The position numbers and the translations under genes are program-made. From a virus: 64,000 bases of DNA. Under the pieces are notes generated by a model, which made no database searches, was not told the DNA's origin, and saw only the letters and a list, made by a program, of their open reading frames with translations. The stretch covers positions 32,001 through 96,000 of IMG/VR virus record IMGVR_UViG_3300020048_000029. One strand, given 5' to 3'. Below, in pieces: positions 47,095 through 56,519 of this stretch (position 1 is the first letter of the stretch; every line of letters starts with the position of its first letter).

Positions 47095-47458
47095 AGAGTC
47101 TTTGTCCGTTGAGATCAACCAGAGTGTTGCTACCGCAGGTTACCAGGTTCCCACCGCCGTGGCGAGATCCGCAGAACTCAAGAATAGACTTGATTTCATC
47201 TTCAAAAATGCTCTCGTACTCTTCTACGGAATGTTGGCCATCTCCAAGACTTGCTGCTCTGAACGCTGCTATCATTACATTTTTAGATTCTGTGTAAGCG
47301 TCGAACTCTAGGCCATCTTCTTTTTCACTATTACGCTTCATCGCAATAATAGTATCGACGACACCCATTCTGAAAATGTCTTTTACCATTTCTCTTTTAT
47401 CGCCTTCGTATCCTTTGATTGCTTTTTCAACCATTGTCTTTACTTCATCATAAATCAT
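47093..47458 (-). CDS. Hypothetical protein (lone minus-strand insert)
   Basis: 121 aa, AGGAGG RBS. Confidence 0.7.
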   Translation of the reverse strand: MIYDEVKTMVEKAIKGYEGDKREMVKDIFRMGVVDTIIAMKRNSEKEDGLEFDAYTESKNVMIAAFRAASLGDGQHSVEEYESIFEDEIKSILEFCGSRHGGGNLVTCGSNTLVDLNGQRL

Positions 47459-47509
47459 GGAATCCTCCTATTGTTTGCAGTAATATATTTTAATGAAGGA
47501 GGATATACA

Positions 47510-48295
47510 ATGAAAGAGACTATTGATAAAATTGCCTATGCAGTATCGTCATTATTTATTAATGGCAAAATCAATCTCAATGACTCTATCAGGCTGAGTT
47601 TTCAGCAGGGTCTTATTGAGAATCAAGAGGTCCTTAAGAGAGTTTGCGAAGAGTCAAACAAGCAAGTTTACCTTGCTCTCTTTCATGGGTCCGAAGATAA
47701 AAGTAACATCAATTTCGACCTTGCGTCGCCGGAGAAAGTTATGTCAACACCAAATTCAACTTTGGACTACCAGAAGGCTCCGGCAAATTTCAACGCCAGT
47801 GTCGTACCGGTGGCTACCGAGATGTCAAAGGTTGCAAGCGATGACGAATATCGCGTTGCTGTTAGCGGGATGGCTGACCAAGCTCGTCGCTTTGCTTACT
47901 ACACAAACAGCGAAAAACTCGCAAGTTATCAGCGTGCTGAAAAGCTCATGGATAAAGTTGCTTCGCTTGCAGAATCTATGGCTATTGTAGACCACGACTC
48001 TGCATTCGATATCTGCAAAATCGCTTCAGATGTTTTCATGGAAGAGACCGGAAGTCCGGTGGTATCACTTGGAATCGTAAGCCATATCTCTGAGCATCTC
48101 GAGAAAAAAGCTTCTGAAGGTCACAAGATCGAAACAATGGCAACGAAGCTTGCAAGCTCATATCAGCTCAATGATAATGACCCGTTCGTAACTGGTCTTA
48201 GAAAACTTGCACAGGAAATTATATTGACAAGCGCATTTAATGACATTGAAGGCTCGTATAACCAGCTTTCAAAGGAAATCGCAAATGCCAAGTAA
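47510..48295 (+). CDS. Putative prohead core protein with many K-x-A-S motifs
   Basis: DKIAY, SKVAS, EKLAS, DKVAS, CKIAS, EKKAS, TKLAS; AAGGAGG RBS. Confidence 0.6.
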   Translation: MKETIDKIAYAVSSLFINGKINLNDSIRLSFQQGLIENQEVLKRVCEESNKQVYLALFHGSEDKSNINFDLASPEKVMSTPNSTLDYQKAPANFNASVVPVATEMSKVASDDEYRVAVSGMADQARRFAYYTNSEKLASYQRAEKLMDKVASLAESMAIVDHDSAFDICKIASDVFMEETGSPVVSLGIVSHISEHLEKKASEGHKIETMATKLASSYQLNDNDPFVTGLRKLAQEIILTSAFNDIEGSYNQLSKEIANAK

Positions 48296-48992
48296 TTTCG
48301 ACAGAGCGTCCAAGATAGTTAGAGGGCTCGACGAGTCCTTTAACGGGTACGTTAGCAAGATCCGCGGAACTCCAGAAAAAGTGGTTGAAAAGGTCAAGCC
48401 TGTCAGGAATAAGTCGGTGGCAAAAGCTGTCGTTAAAGGCGCTGTTTCTGGAACTGCGGGAATGCTCGAATCTGGATCCGGTCTCCTTGGGGCTGGCGGA
48501 GAAATCTTGGGCCACATTGGCAATGGCGTAACTCAGATCGGTAGAGCTGTCAGAAGTGGCCTTGGCCCCGCTGGAAACACAGTCGGAGAAAAGGTCTGGG
48601 GAGCAACAGTTAAGACAGGTGTTGTCGGAGGAGCTATTGCAACAGGGTTAAGTCTTTCAGGTGGGATGAACAGCCTTGTTTCAAGGTACTACGTCTCTCC
48701 TACATATAGGAACCAGGTCAGAAACCAAGTCATAAAGAATGAGCGTCCATTTGAAACTCTTTCTGCCGAAGACAAAGCTATGCTTAACAAGACGGCTAGT
48801 CTAGGTTCTATGGTTGGCGGAGCTGTTGGCCCTGCCCTTACATTCGCATTTATCCCTGGTGATAAGAAGGCGATTGCAGGGAAGTTGTCGGCAACTAAGC
48901 TTACAAATGGCGGAAGACCTTTACCTTCCAATCTCAATCCGGCAGAGAAGATGAATAGTTTTACAAACAGCGGAAGCAACAACTTTTTTTAG
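48285..48992 (+). CDS. Gly-rich putative virion protein
   Basis: ATG 48285; LNKTAS motif; Gly-rich helices. Confidence 0.6.
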   Translation: MPSNFDRASKIVRGLDESFNGYVSKIRGTPEKVVEKVKPVRNKSVAKAVVKGAVSGTAGMLESGSGLLGAGGEILGHIGNGVTQIGRAVRSGLGPAGNTVGEKVWGATVKTGVVGGAIATGLSLSGGMNSLVSRYYVSPTYRNQVRNQVIKNERPFETLSAEDKAMLNKTASLGSMVGGAVGPALTFAFIPGDKKAIAGKLSATKLTNGGRPLPSNLNPAEKMNSFTNSGSNNFF

Positions 48993-49000
48993 GAGAATAT

Positions 49001-49696
49001 ATGAATTTCAACAGAGGTTTTGACAGGGCTAACGACGTCCTTGGAAATCTTATGACAAATCTAAAAGGTCATAGCGCGGCTTCTATAAAAGAAGCAATTG
49101 TCATTGGAAAAGGTCTTAATGATCTTGCTCCTGGCACATCCCTCAAAGATGGATTGTCTATGGCTCAGTCTGCGGCTGGAGCTCTCAACTCTGGAGCAGG
49201 TGCTCTTCAGACTCTTACAGGAACTTTGTTCGGGAAGAAAGTTCTCGACAACGGTATCGTAAATGCTATCAAAAACCGGAACGCTAAACCAAGCAAACTC
49301 CAGAGCATTATTGACGGCGTCAAGACTTACGCTCTCCCAGTTGCTGCACTTGGCGCAGGCGCAACGCTTCTTAGCGATGCTGCAAGCCCAGCAAAACAAG
49401 CTATGGTTGAGCTTGGCACGTATCATGGAATGATCAAGAAGTTCGGTCTTCCTGATGATGCTGAGACTCGGGACTACTTCAATGTGGTTAAGACATACTC
49501 ACCAATGGCTGCTCGCAACCCAATCGTTGCAGGCACAATGGTTAGCCGTATGAGAGAGTTCAACGGAATCGATCCAAACATGGTTACCGCGCTTGGAAAT
49601 ATCAAAGACAACTCTAAACCAACAATGTCAAGCACACTTGTAAACAGTGCTATCAGAGACGTTGTAGGAATTTCTTCAGGAGCTTACAATGGATAA
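49001..49696 (+). CDS. Putative virion protein
   Basis: 231 aa, AGGAG RBS; YSPMAARNPIVAG segment. Confidence 0.65.
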   Translation: MNFNRGFDRANDVLGNLMTNLKGHSAASIKEAIVIGKGLNDLAPGTSLKDGLSMAQSAAGALNSGAGALQTLTGTLFGKKVLDNGIVNAIKNRNAKPSKLQSIIDGVKTYALPVAALGAGATLLSDAASPAKQAMVELGTYHGMIKKFGLPDDAETRDYFNVVKTYSPMAARNPIVAGTMVSRMREFNGIDPNMVTALGNIKDNSKPTMSSTLVNSAIRDVVGISSGAYNG

Positions 49697-49913
49697 GGTT
49701 GCGCAACCAGCAGCATTCATGGCTGCAAAAGCTGGATTGAAAAATGAATCAACTCTCAACAGAGCCATGGATATCTTGGCTCGCGCGAGAGATCGCCGTA
49801 TGCAGGCTGTACAGTTTACTAATACTCCTAAAGCGAACTACAGAGCTATTGCTGCTCAGCAAGCTTTGAGTAACATTTCTCACTATAAGTTAAACCAAAT
49901 TCTAGGACGGTAA
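49689..49913 (+). CDS. Small protein starting MDKVAQ
   Basis: 74 aa, AGGAG RBS. Confidence 0.55.
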   Translation: MDKVAQPAAFMAAKAGLKNESTLNRAMDILARARDRRMQAVQFTNTPKANYRAIAAQQALSNISHYKLNQILGR

Positions 49914-49914
49914 A

Positions 49915-50727
49915 ATGTTACAGAAAATCGCAGAAGAAGCGTATATCAACACGCTTGAAAAAATCGCAGGACAAGAAGAAATGGGCATTCTTCCAGGAAT
50001 GTATGCACAAGCTGCTGGCCCTGGAGCCGGCGCTGGCCTTGGAGCATTAACTGGCGGAGCTCTCGGGGCTTCAGCAGGAGCAATCCTCGGAAGAATCGCT
50101 TCAATTGGAATGAAGAAGGCTCACGTCCCTTATGCTGCTGCAATCGGTGCAGGAGCTCTCGGACTTGCTGGATTGTCTGCCGGTGGTATCTATGGAGAGA
50201 TGAAAGGTACAAATGCTCTTATCGAGCATCGTACAGGGAAAACTCCTAAAAACACAATTGGAGCGTATGCTTCATACAAAGGCAACACCACCGGCTCTGC
50301 TCTTGGAACCGGAATTCTAGGAGGTCTTGGTGGAGCTGCCGGAGCTGCTGGCGCTGCTGGACTTGCAGGAGCTGGTATCATGGCTGCACTTAAACACAAA
50401 GACACTAAAGGTGCCGTAAAAGCATTAAAAGACATTGCCGAAGCTTACAGAGCAAGAGCTGGAGAAAAAGCTGGCATTCTTGAAAATGTCTTTACTCTTG
50501 GTCAGGCTAGTAAGATCAGAAATACTCAAGCAACAGGCGCTGAGTTTGCCAGTGAAGCTGCAAAGATTCTTGCGAAAAAAGAAATTAAAGATTCTGCGTT
50601 ACTAGGTCTCGCTTACGGGGCTGGTGGTGGAGCTGCTATCGGAGGAGGCCTCGGTCTTGCTGCTGGTGCAATCGCAGGTAATAATCGCGGACTTAACAGA
50701 ACTCTTCGCGAAGAAGCTGGCAAATAG
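49915..50727 (+). CDS. LEKIA-leader glycine-zipper protein
   Basis: MLQKIAEEAYINTLEKIAG followed by long GxxxG runs. Confidence 0.7.
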   Translation: MLQKIAEEAYINTLEKIAGQEEMGILPGMYAQAAGPGAGAGLGALTGGALGASAGAILGRIASIGMKKAHVPYAAAIGAGALGLAGLSAGGIYGEMKGTNALIEHRTGKTPKNTIGAYASYKGNTTGSALGTGILGGLGGAAGAAGAAGLAGAGIMAALKHKDTKGAVKALKDIAEAYRARAGEKAGILENVFTLGQASKIRNTQATGAEFASEAAKILAKKEIKDSALLGLAYGAGGGAAIGGGLGLAAGAIAGNNRGLNRTLREEAGK

Positions 50728-50755
50728 TATTTTTTAGGGAATCAAGGAGATTGTG

Positions 50756-52537
50756 ATGATAAAATATTTTGAAGTAGACTCGTTCGATGACAGTATGGGG
50801 CAGAGAATCGTATCAATTAATGACGACAGTCTCACCAAAACTGCCAGCTTAGGATTTGCTCCTGATATCTTGTCATACATCTCCAAGATGACCAAACGCG
50901 AAGATCGCTACTATGTAGTGATCAACGCTGTTGGGGCATTTGAGTCTTGGGGAGCCAACAATAATGGCGACTCATTCCCTAGAGAGAGTCTCAGCCACGT
51001 ATCTCTTAGAAGTGCAATGGGCACTCCTAATGACTACGGGTACAAGACGTTCGAGTACTACGCAAAGCTCTTCAAACACCATGCAAATAAAAACCACCAT
51101 CCTTCTTTTGGAGAGGTATTGTATGCGTATTGGAACGCTGATATGGACCGTGTCGAACTTATTGTTGCTATCGATGTTGTTAGCGGTAGCGACATTGTGG
51201 TGGCTCTTGAGGCGGGTGAGGCTGTTGCCGTAAGTATGGGGTGTCGAGTAGTTGCTGATGAGTGTTCAATTTGTGGCAAGCAAGCAAAAACTCGAGCTGA
51301 GTACTGTACCCACCTTACAAGTCATTTGAGATCTGTTGTCACACATGAACAGGCTAAGCTGTGGTCTACACAGGTTGGTAGACAGGTTCTCCCAGGAGAA
51401 AAGGTCTATGCAAGAAACATTAAGCCTAAGTTCTTTGACATTTCAAGAGTTCGTATCGGTGCTGACCGCACTGCTTTCGTTCTTGGGAAAGTCGCGAGTG
51501 AAAACAGTTTTATCGGGTCAGCTGACCTAGGAGAGGTTTACGGTGTTACAGATTCGCAAATTGATAAATTGGCTGAAATTGACAAGGAGATCGGGACTTC
51601 TGTTGGCGATACAGACGGTAGCGTTATATCCGCTGATATGCTTGAAAGATCCGTTAACGGGCACGCGCTGGCTGCTATTGAAAGCGAGCGGGAAATTCCA
51701 CAGAATATCCTTGAATCAATATCAGCATTTGGCGCTCGTAATTGCATCGATTCTCTTTTGGGCCTTGGTATCCATCCTAGTCCTCGTGAGTTTCAGTATG
51801 TAATGCTTGCGAGCAATGGGGAAGGAGCTCTTGCAAAAAGACTTCTCGATTCGAACATTTGTTTTGATCCGAAAAGCTCTGATGCTATTGATGTGAAAGC
51901 TGAGCCGTCTATAAACGGGTCAATCTTCAGCATCATAAAAGATCTCATGATCGAAAGATCTTCAAACTCTCCTTTCATTCTCAACAGAATGAATCCGGTT
52001 ATCATAAAAACTGCTGCTGAAATAAACCAGCCGGCTATTCCGGTTCCAATGGCAATGTCTCCTTTCTATGACCAAGCAATGATCTTCGGAGCACTTGCTG
52101 GATTGTACCAAGGTCTCAAGCTTAAAGCCACAGGGATGACAGGCGGACAGATATCAAGAGCAATTATAAAGAATCCTGCCGTTGTACTTATGATTGGTGG
52201 AGGTGCTCTTGCTAAGCTTCATGAAGCTCAAGCGAAAAACCTTATTTCATCTTCGTATGTTCCGGCTATGAGCTACGCTGGCATTTTAAAAACTCCTGAG
52301 TTTATGAAAATTGCTGGGTACAAAGAACAAGCTGCTGGCAACACAATTATAGCGGCTGCAACTTTGTTCCCTCTTGCCTATGTAGCGCATTCTTACAACA
52401 AAAGCAATATGGCAAAAGGCGGGGTGTCGTCGCCTACTGCATCTACTATTGGAAACCCAGTTGTGCCAGTTGTTGGGACAGCAGGTTTTGCAGGACTTCC
52501 GATTCTTAAAAATAAGTTGATCAAGTCGCTGCAATAG
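50756..52537 (+). CDS. Putative prohead (maturation) protease, HK97/assemblin-like, with Zn-finger insert
   Basis: NNNGDSF, LFKHH (candidate catalytic His), AVSMGC (candidate catalytic Ser), CSIC...CTHL, FFDISRV..GAD; directly upstream of scaffold, decoration and capsid genes. Confidence 0.65.
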   Translation: MIKYFEVDSFDDSMGQRIVSINDDSLTKTASLGFAPDILSYISKMTKREDRYYVVINAVGAFESWGANNNGDSFPRESLSHVSLRSAMGTPNDYGYKTFEYYAKLFKHHANKNHHPSFGEVLYAYWNADMDRVELIVAIDVVSGSDIVVALEAGEAVAVSMGCRVVADECSICGKQAKTRAEYCTHLTSHLRSVVTHEQAKLWSTQVGRQVLPGEKVYARNIKPKFFDISRVRIGADRTAFVLGKVASENSFIGSADLGEVYGVTDSQIDKLAEIDKEIGTSVGDTDGSVISADMLERSVNGHALAAIESEREIPQNILESISAFGARNCIDSLLGLGIHPSPREFQYVMLASNGEGALAKRLLDSNICFDPKSSDAIDVKAEPSINGSIFSIIKDLMIERSSNSPFILNRMNPVIIKTAAEINQPAIPVPMAMSPFYDQAMIFGALAGLYQGLKLKATGMTGGQISRAIIKNPAVVLMIGGGALAKLHEAQAKNLISSSYVPAMSYAGILKTPEFMKIAGYKEQAAGNTIIAAATLFPLAYVAHSYNKSNMAKGGVSSPTASTIGNPVVPVVGTAGFAGLPILKNKLIKSLQ

Positions 52538-52582
52538 ATATATATTTTTTAACGAAATGATTCTTAACCAAAGGAAAATTCT

Positions 52583-53521
52583 ATGACTAACAATCTTTCT
52601 GCGCATATGGCTGCAAGATTATCAGGTGCAGGGCACACTAAGGTCGCCTCTGACACCGGCTCTCTGAGTGAGCAGATCATGGCAAAACTTGCCGCATCTC
52701 TCGAAGCGCCTATGGGTGAGCCAGCTGCTCTTCCTGAGGCTCCTAAAAGTCAAGTTGTAATTACCCCTACAGCAACGCCTGTAACCGACCCAACTGTTGT
52801 TGCGGCTACCGCTGCTGTTTCTGACCAGGGCCTTGCTGCTGCTGGCGGAAATCCTGATGTTGTTGCTGCAATGGCTGCACAGCCTGCTATGGGCGACGCT
52901 GGAACTCCTGGTGCTTATGGTACTGGTGAAAACGGCGACATGTCACGTAACAACACTGACATGAATAAAGTTGCTCTCGATGCAACAGTTGCTGCAGACA
53001 TGGAAGCTCGCGGGATTGCTCTTGCGAACGCTTACTCTAATCAGATCGAAAAAATCGCGATGGAAAAAGCTGCTGAAGATGCATTCGCAATGCTTGCTTC
53101 TGAAGGCCTTGTAAATCCTCGCTACATCGACCATGAAAAAGTTGCAAGTGACAACGATGGTTACGTATTCGGTGAGACTCTTGAAAAACTTGCTTCTGGA
53201 ACTCTCGAAGCTCCTACAGCATACGATTTCATCGTTGCTCATAATGAGTATGTAAAAATCGCTACTGATATCGCTGAAGCAGAAGCTGCTGGCGAAGCAC
53301 AGGCTATCGCAGATGTTGAAAAACTTGCTGCTGAAGCTGAAGCTGAAGCAATGGCTCAGGAGAACACTTCTACAATGGAAGCACAGATCGCTGCTGCAAT
53401 TGAAGAAGCTTACGCTCTTGGAGTATCAGAAGCTCAACAGGCTCCTGACGCATCTCTTGCTGCTCTCAAAAAAGATCCTGACTTCCTTAAGCTTCTTGCG
53501 AAGCACGGAATTGCTGGTTAA
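52583..53521 (+). CDS. Putative scaffold/prohead core protein
   Basis: Ala/Glu-rich with at least eight K-x-A motifs; between protease and capsid. Confidence 0.6.
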   Translation: MTNNLSAHMAARLSGAGHTKVASDTGSLSEQIMAKLAASLEAPMGEPAALPEAPKSQVVITPTATPVTDPTVVAATAAVSDQGLAAAGGNPDVVAAMAAQPAMGDAGTPGAYGTGENGDMSRNNTDMNKVALDATVAADMEARGIALANAYSNQIEKIAMEKAAEDAFAMLASEGLVNPRYIDHEKVASDNDGYVFGETLEKLASGTLEAPTAYDFIVAHNEYVKIATDIAEAEAAGEAQAIADVEKLAAEAEAEAMAQENTSTMEAQIAAAIEEAYALGVSEAQQAPDASLAALKKDPDFLKLLAKHGIAG

Positions 53522-53522
53522 T

Positions 53523-53894
53523 ATGAACGTAGCACGAATTGTACGGCTTGAAGTCGGTTTGGAAAAGATTGCTTTTGATGCGTCGGCGCTCGACGGATCA
53601 AACGATCCTCTCGTCAAACAGGCTGCCGAACTTATTCGCGCTCTTGACCGCAAAATTGAAGATATGGTTAAGGCGGCCTCTGTAACAGAGACCGTCACTG
53701 ACCTATTCAACCGGGGACTCTTGGACGATTCTGAAGTTCAAGAAAAAGTGGCTGAACTTTTTTCTTCTGGCAATATTGCCGGAGAGACGGTTAAGATCGC
53801 ATCCCACATGGGTAGTATGTTTGACGGAGTCAGTCAGAGTACCCCAGTAAAAAAAGAAATGCACGATTTTATTAACGAAAAACTCGCGAGGTAA
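53523..53894 (+). CDS. Putative scaffold protein
   Basis: ATG 53523; LEKIAF, VKQAA, VKAAS, EKVAE, VKIAS. Confidence 0.55.
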   Translation: MNVARIVRLEVGLEKIAFDASALDGSNDPLVKQAAELIRALDRKIEDMVKAASVTETVTDLFNRGLLDDSEVQEKVAELFSSGNIAGETVKIASHMGSMFDGVSQSTPVKKEMHDFINEKLAR

Positions 53895-53897
53895 CTC

Positions 53898-54341
53898 ATG
53901 GCTCTTGATATTTTTACGCCAATCGCTCTTATCGACCAGTCTTCACGACTGCTTGTAGATGTTGACACTTTCACTGGTAAAGCTGGTCAGTTCGTTGAAC
54001 TTGTCGGTGGTAAAGTTAAAAAAGTAACAACTGGATCTACAATCAAAAACGTTCGTATGCTCCGCACAACTGTGACTGGTAGCGCTTATGAAGGTTTCGA
54101 TGTAAAAGGTGGACGTGTTTCTGTAATTGAAAGTTTCATCCGTGGAACCGTTGGCGACGATTGTATCGACGCAACTGGTCTTGCTGATGGTGACTACCTT
54201 ACAGTAAGCTCTGCTGCTGACTCTGAAGGTATGATGATCAAGGCTACTGCTGGCAAAGTTGTTGTTGCTCAGCTTGTAACCATTGACGCTGCGGCATCAA
54301 CTTACGAGATTCGTACAGTTTCTCCGTTCATTGCTGCTTAA
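53898..54341 (+). CDS. Putative capsid decoration/cement protein
   Basis: 147-aa beta-rich protein (GDYLTV...G) immediately before the capsid gene. Confidence 0.55.
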   Translation: MALDIFTPIALIDQSSRLLVDVDTFTGKAGQFVELVGGKVKKVTTGSTIKNVRMLRTTVTGSAYEGFDVKGGRVSVIESFIRGTVGDDCIDATGLADGDYLTVSSAADSEGMMIKATAGKVVVAQLVTIDAAASTYEIRTVSPFIAA

Positions 54342-54351
54342 TGATTTTAGA

Positions 54352-54373
54352 CTGAGGGGAGAAATCCCCTTAG
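54352..54373 (+). promoter_or_regulatory. GAAA-tetraloop hairpin upstream of the capsid gene
   Basis: CTGAGGGGA-GAAA-TCCCCTTAG with no U-tract on the plus strand. Confidence 0.45.
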
Positions 54374-54411
54374 CCAAAAAAGAAAAAATTACTTTATTAT
54401 AGGAGCTCTTA

Positions 54412-55434
54412 ATGCTTGATATGAACAATCCTGCCCTTTTCAATGCTGAGATCGTTGATCGTATGGAAAAAAACGCTTCAGACGTATCTGAAGGTATCCG
54501 TGAGTACATCCATACAGAACTTGTAGAAGGCTCTTTTGCCCGTACAGTTCTTAAACCTGTACCAATTACAGCTGCTGACTGCCAGGTTAACCTTGCAGAC
54601 AACTCTCTGTATATGATCAAAGAAATCGAAGCTGGCGCAGCTGCTGTTGCAGTTGACAACCTCGGTGTACCTAACGGTCGTTACGTTAAGGGTGAGCGTT
54701 ATATCATTCCTATCGTAAACTTTGTTACTGACCGTTTCCAGATCACTGAAGAAGACCTTCGTGCGTATCGCCACCCGATCACCAAACGTATCCAGGAAAA
54801 ATCTGTTCCGATTCTTCATAAGCTTGAAGACACTTATTTCCTCCGTCTCGTTGGTGCTGCTCTTGCTGCTCAGTCTGCTCTCAATGCAACTGGCGTAAAA
54901 GCTGTAAAAGGCCACGCTACAAACGATCTCGAACTGAACGAACGTGACTTCATTTCTTTGAAAAACGCTCTTTCATCTGGTATCAAAGGTTCTGACGACA
55001 AACGCAAAGAAACTGCGTTGATGCTCATGACTCAGGAAGATTACGAAACTGCAGTACTGCTTCCAAACGCAGCTGATAGCTTCGGTACCGACCGTATTAT
55101 CAACGGTCTCCGTTCTGAAACTCTCTACGGTACTCGTATCGTTAAGACTATCAAATCGAACGTTCTTCCTCGTGGACACGTTATGGCATTCACTACTGAA
55201 GATTTCCTCGGACACGCTTTCACCCTTGGTGAAACTCGTTTCGAAATCAAAAAAGAGTTTGGTCTCCTTCAGTGGGAAACTAAAATGTCTGTTGGTTACG
55301 GTATCGGTAATGCTCTTTCTGTAGCCCTTCTCACGCTTCCTGGCGCGTCAATGGGTGGAAATGACATCACTGTTGCAACAGATGGTGTTCTCCCTCAGAA
55401 CATCAAGAACTACTACAAAGGTCTTACTTGTTAA
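54412..55434 (+). CDS. Major capsid protein (HK97-like fold)
   Basis: 340 aa; strongly biased codons (CGT, GGT); position after protease, scaffold and decoration genes; spine-helix-like LHKLEDTYFL; N-terminal MEKNAS; strong terminator follows. Confidence 0.7.
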   Translation: MLDMNNPALFNAEIVDRMEKNASDVSEGIREYIHTELVEGSFARTVLKPVPITAADCQVNLADNSLYMIKEIEAGAAAVAVDNLGVPNGRYVKGERYIIPIVNFVTDRFQITEEDLRAYRHPITKRIQEKSVPILHKLEDTYFLRLVGAALAAQSALNATGVKAVKGHATNDLELNERDFISLKNALSSGIKGSDDKRKETALMLMTQEDYETAVLLPNAADSFGTDRIINGLRSETLYGTRIVKTIKSNVLPRGHVMAFTTEDFLGHAFTLGETRFEIKKEFGLLQWETKMSVGYGIGNALSVALLTLPGASMGGNDITVATDGVLPQNIKNYYKGLTC

Positions 55435-55462
55435 TCAAGTAGCCTAGTAGCTGTTCAAATAA

Positions 55463-55506
55463 AAGGCTCAATCGGACACTCTTCGATTGAGCCTTAATTT
55501 ATTTTT
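55463..55506 (+). terminator. Terminator after the capsid gene
   Basis: AAGGCTCAATCG-(9 nt)-CGATTGAGCCTT followed by AATTTATTTTT. Confidence 0.75.
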
Positions 55507-55527
55507 GTAATAACCTAGGAGGGTTTT

Positions 55528-55899
55528 ATGTCATTTAATATGAAAAATATTACAGACCAAGTCCGCGAAATCTACAAAGAGAGCGGTATCGTTTCTGTAA
55601 AACCTGGAGATACTGTTCGCGTGTCTGCTACAGATATCATCAGCACAGGTAGTTCGATCGTTCACTTTGTAAGAGCTGCGAAAGATGTGATCGAAGACAT
55701 TGTTGAAGTGGTAGAAGATATCATCGATGACATCAAAGATCATCGCGATGAACGTGACGCTGAACGCGCTGCGAAAGAAGCTGAAGAAGCTGCTGCAAAA
55801 GAAGCGGAAGCTGCTGCTGAAGCTGAAAAGAAAGCTGCTGAAGCTGCAGAAAAAGCTGCAAAAGCTGCTGCAAAGAAGGCTGCTAATGCTGCTGAATAA
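55528..55899 (+). CDS. Hypothetical protein with Ala/Glu/Lys-rich tail
   Basis: AGGAGG RBS; AAKEAE-type low-complexity C-terminus. Confidence 0.7.
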   Translation: MSFNMKNITDQVREIYKESGIVSVKPGDTVRVSATDIISTGSSIVHFVRAAKDVIEDIVEVVEDIIDDIKDHRDERDAERAAKEAEEAAAKEAEAAAEAEKKAAEAAEKAAKAAAKKAANAAE

Positions 55900-56164
55900 T
55901 ACTGGTGAAAGCAAGACAGTAATGCTTGATGATGGTTCTTCCGTTGTTGTTCCTCATGGGATTTCTTCTCATGGCGACAAAAACGTTTTGATCGCAACCA
56001 TCATCCATAGCTGCATCAGCGAAGTTAAACAAGATGAGGCGACAGATGACACAGACGGAGTATGTGGAGAAGCTGAGAGCGTTCCTGAAGGACAAGGAGG
56101 AGTTGAACAGACTTCTGGAGTTCAGGGAAGAAAACAGCGAGCTGGATCTAAGTCTGTATCTTGA
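55886..56164 (+). CDS. Hypothetical small protein
   Basis: MLLNNTGESK start overlapping the previous stop. Confidence 0.4.
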   Translation: MLLNNTGESKTVMLDDGSSVVVPHGISSHGDKNVLIATIIHSCISEVKQDEATDDTDGVCGEAESVPEGQGGVEQTSGVQGRKQRAGSKSVS

Positions 56165-56519
56165 TATGGCTATGGCAGAATTAAACTCTATGGCTCCGGT
56201 CGTAGGGTTTTACTCTTACGAGGGATTTCCAATCCCTCAGCTAGTCATTCTTCTTGCTACGGTACACTGTTTGATATCAAACAACATTCTCAATGCAAGA
56301 AACGACCTACAGTACAATAACGGCGGAATCACTGTTAAGTTCCAAGATGGAAACAAGTACCTTCCGCAGATTCAGCTACTTCTTAGTATGATGGAGTCTC
56401 TCAAAAAGAACTTCTATCAAATGAAATTAAGTGTAAATATTGCAAGAGGTTTCGGAGGATGTCCGTCTCCTTACGCATATATAACCGGGGGACCGTATGA
56501 ACCACCAAGTTACAGTTGA
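56034..56519 (+). CDS. Putative head-tail adaptor/neck protein
   Basis: LRAFLKD...LDMAMAELN...YNNGGITV; position after the capsid gene. Confidence 0.55.
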   Translation: MRRQMTQTEYVEKLRAFLKDKEELNRLLEFREENSELDLSLYLDMAMAELNSMAPVVGFYSYEGFPIPQLVILLATVHCLISNNILNARNDLQYNNGGITVKFQDGNKYLPQIQLLLSMMESLKKNFYQMKLSVNIARGFGGCPSPYAYITGGPYEPPSYS

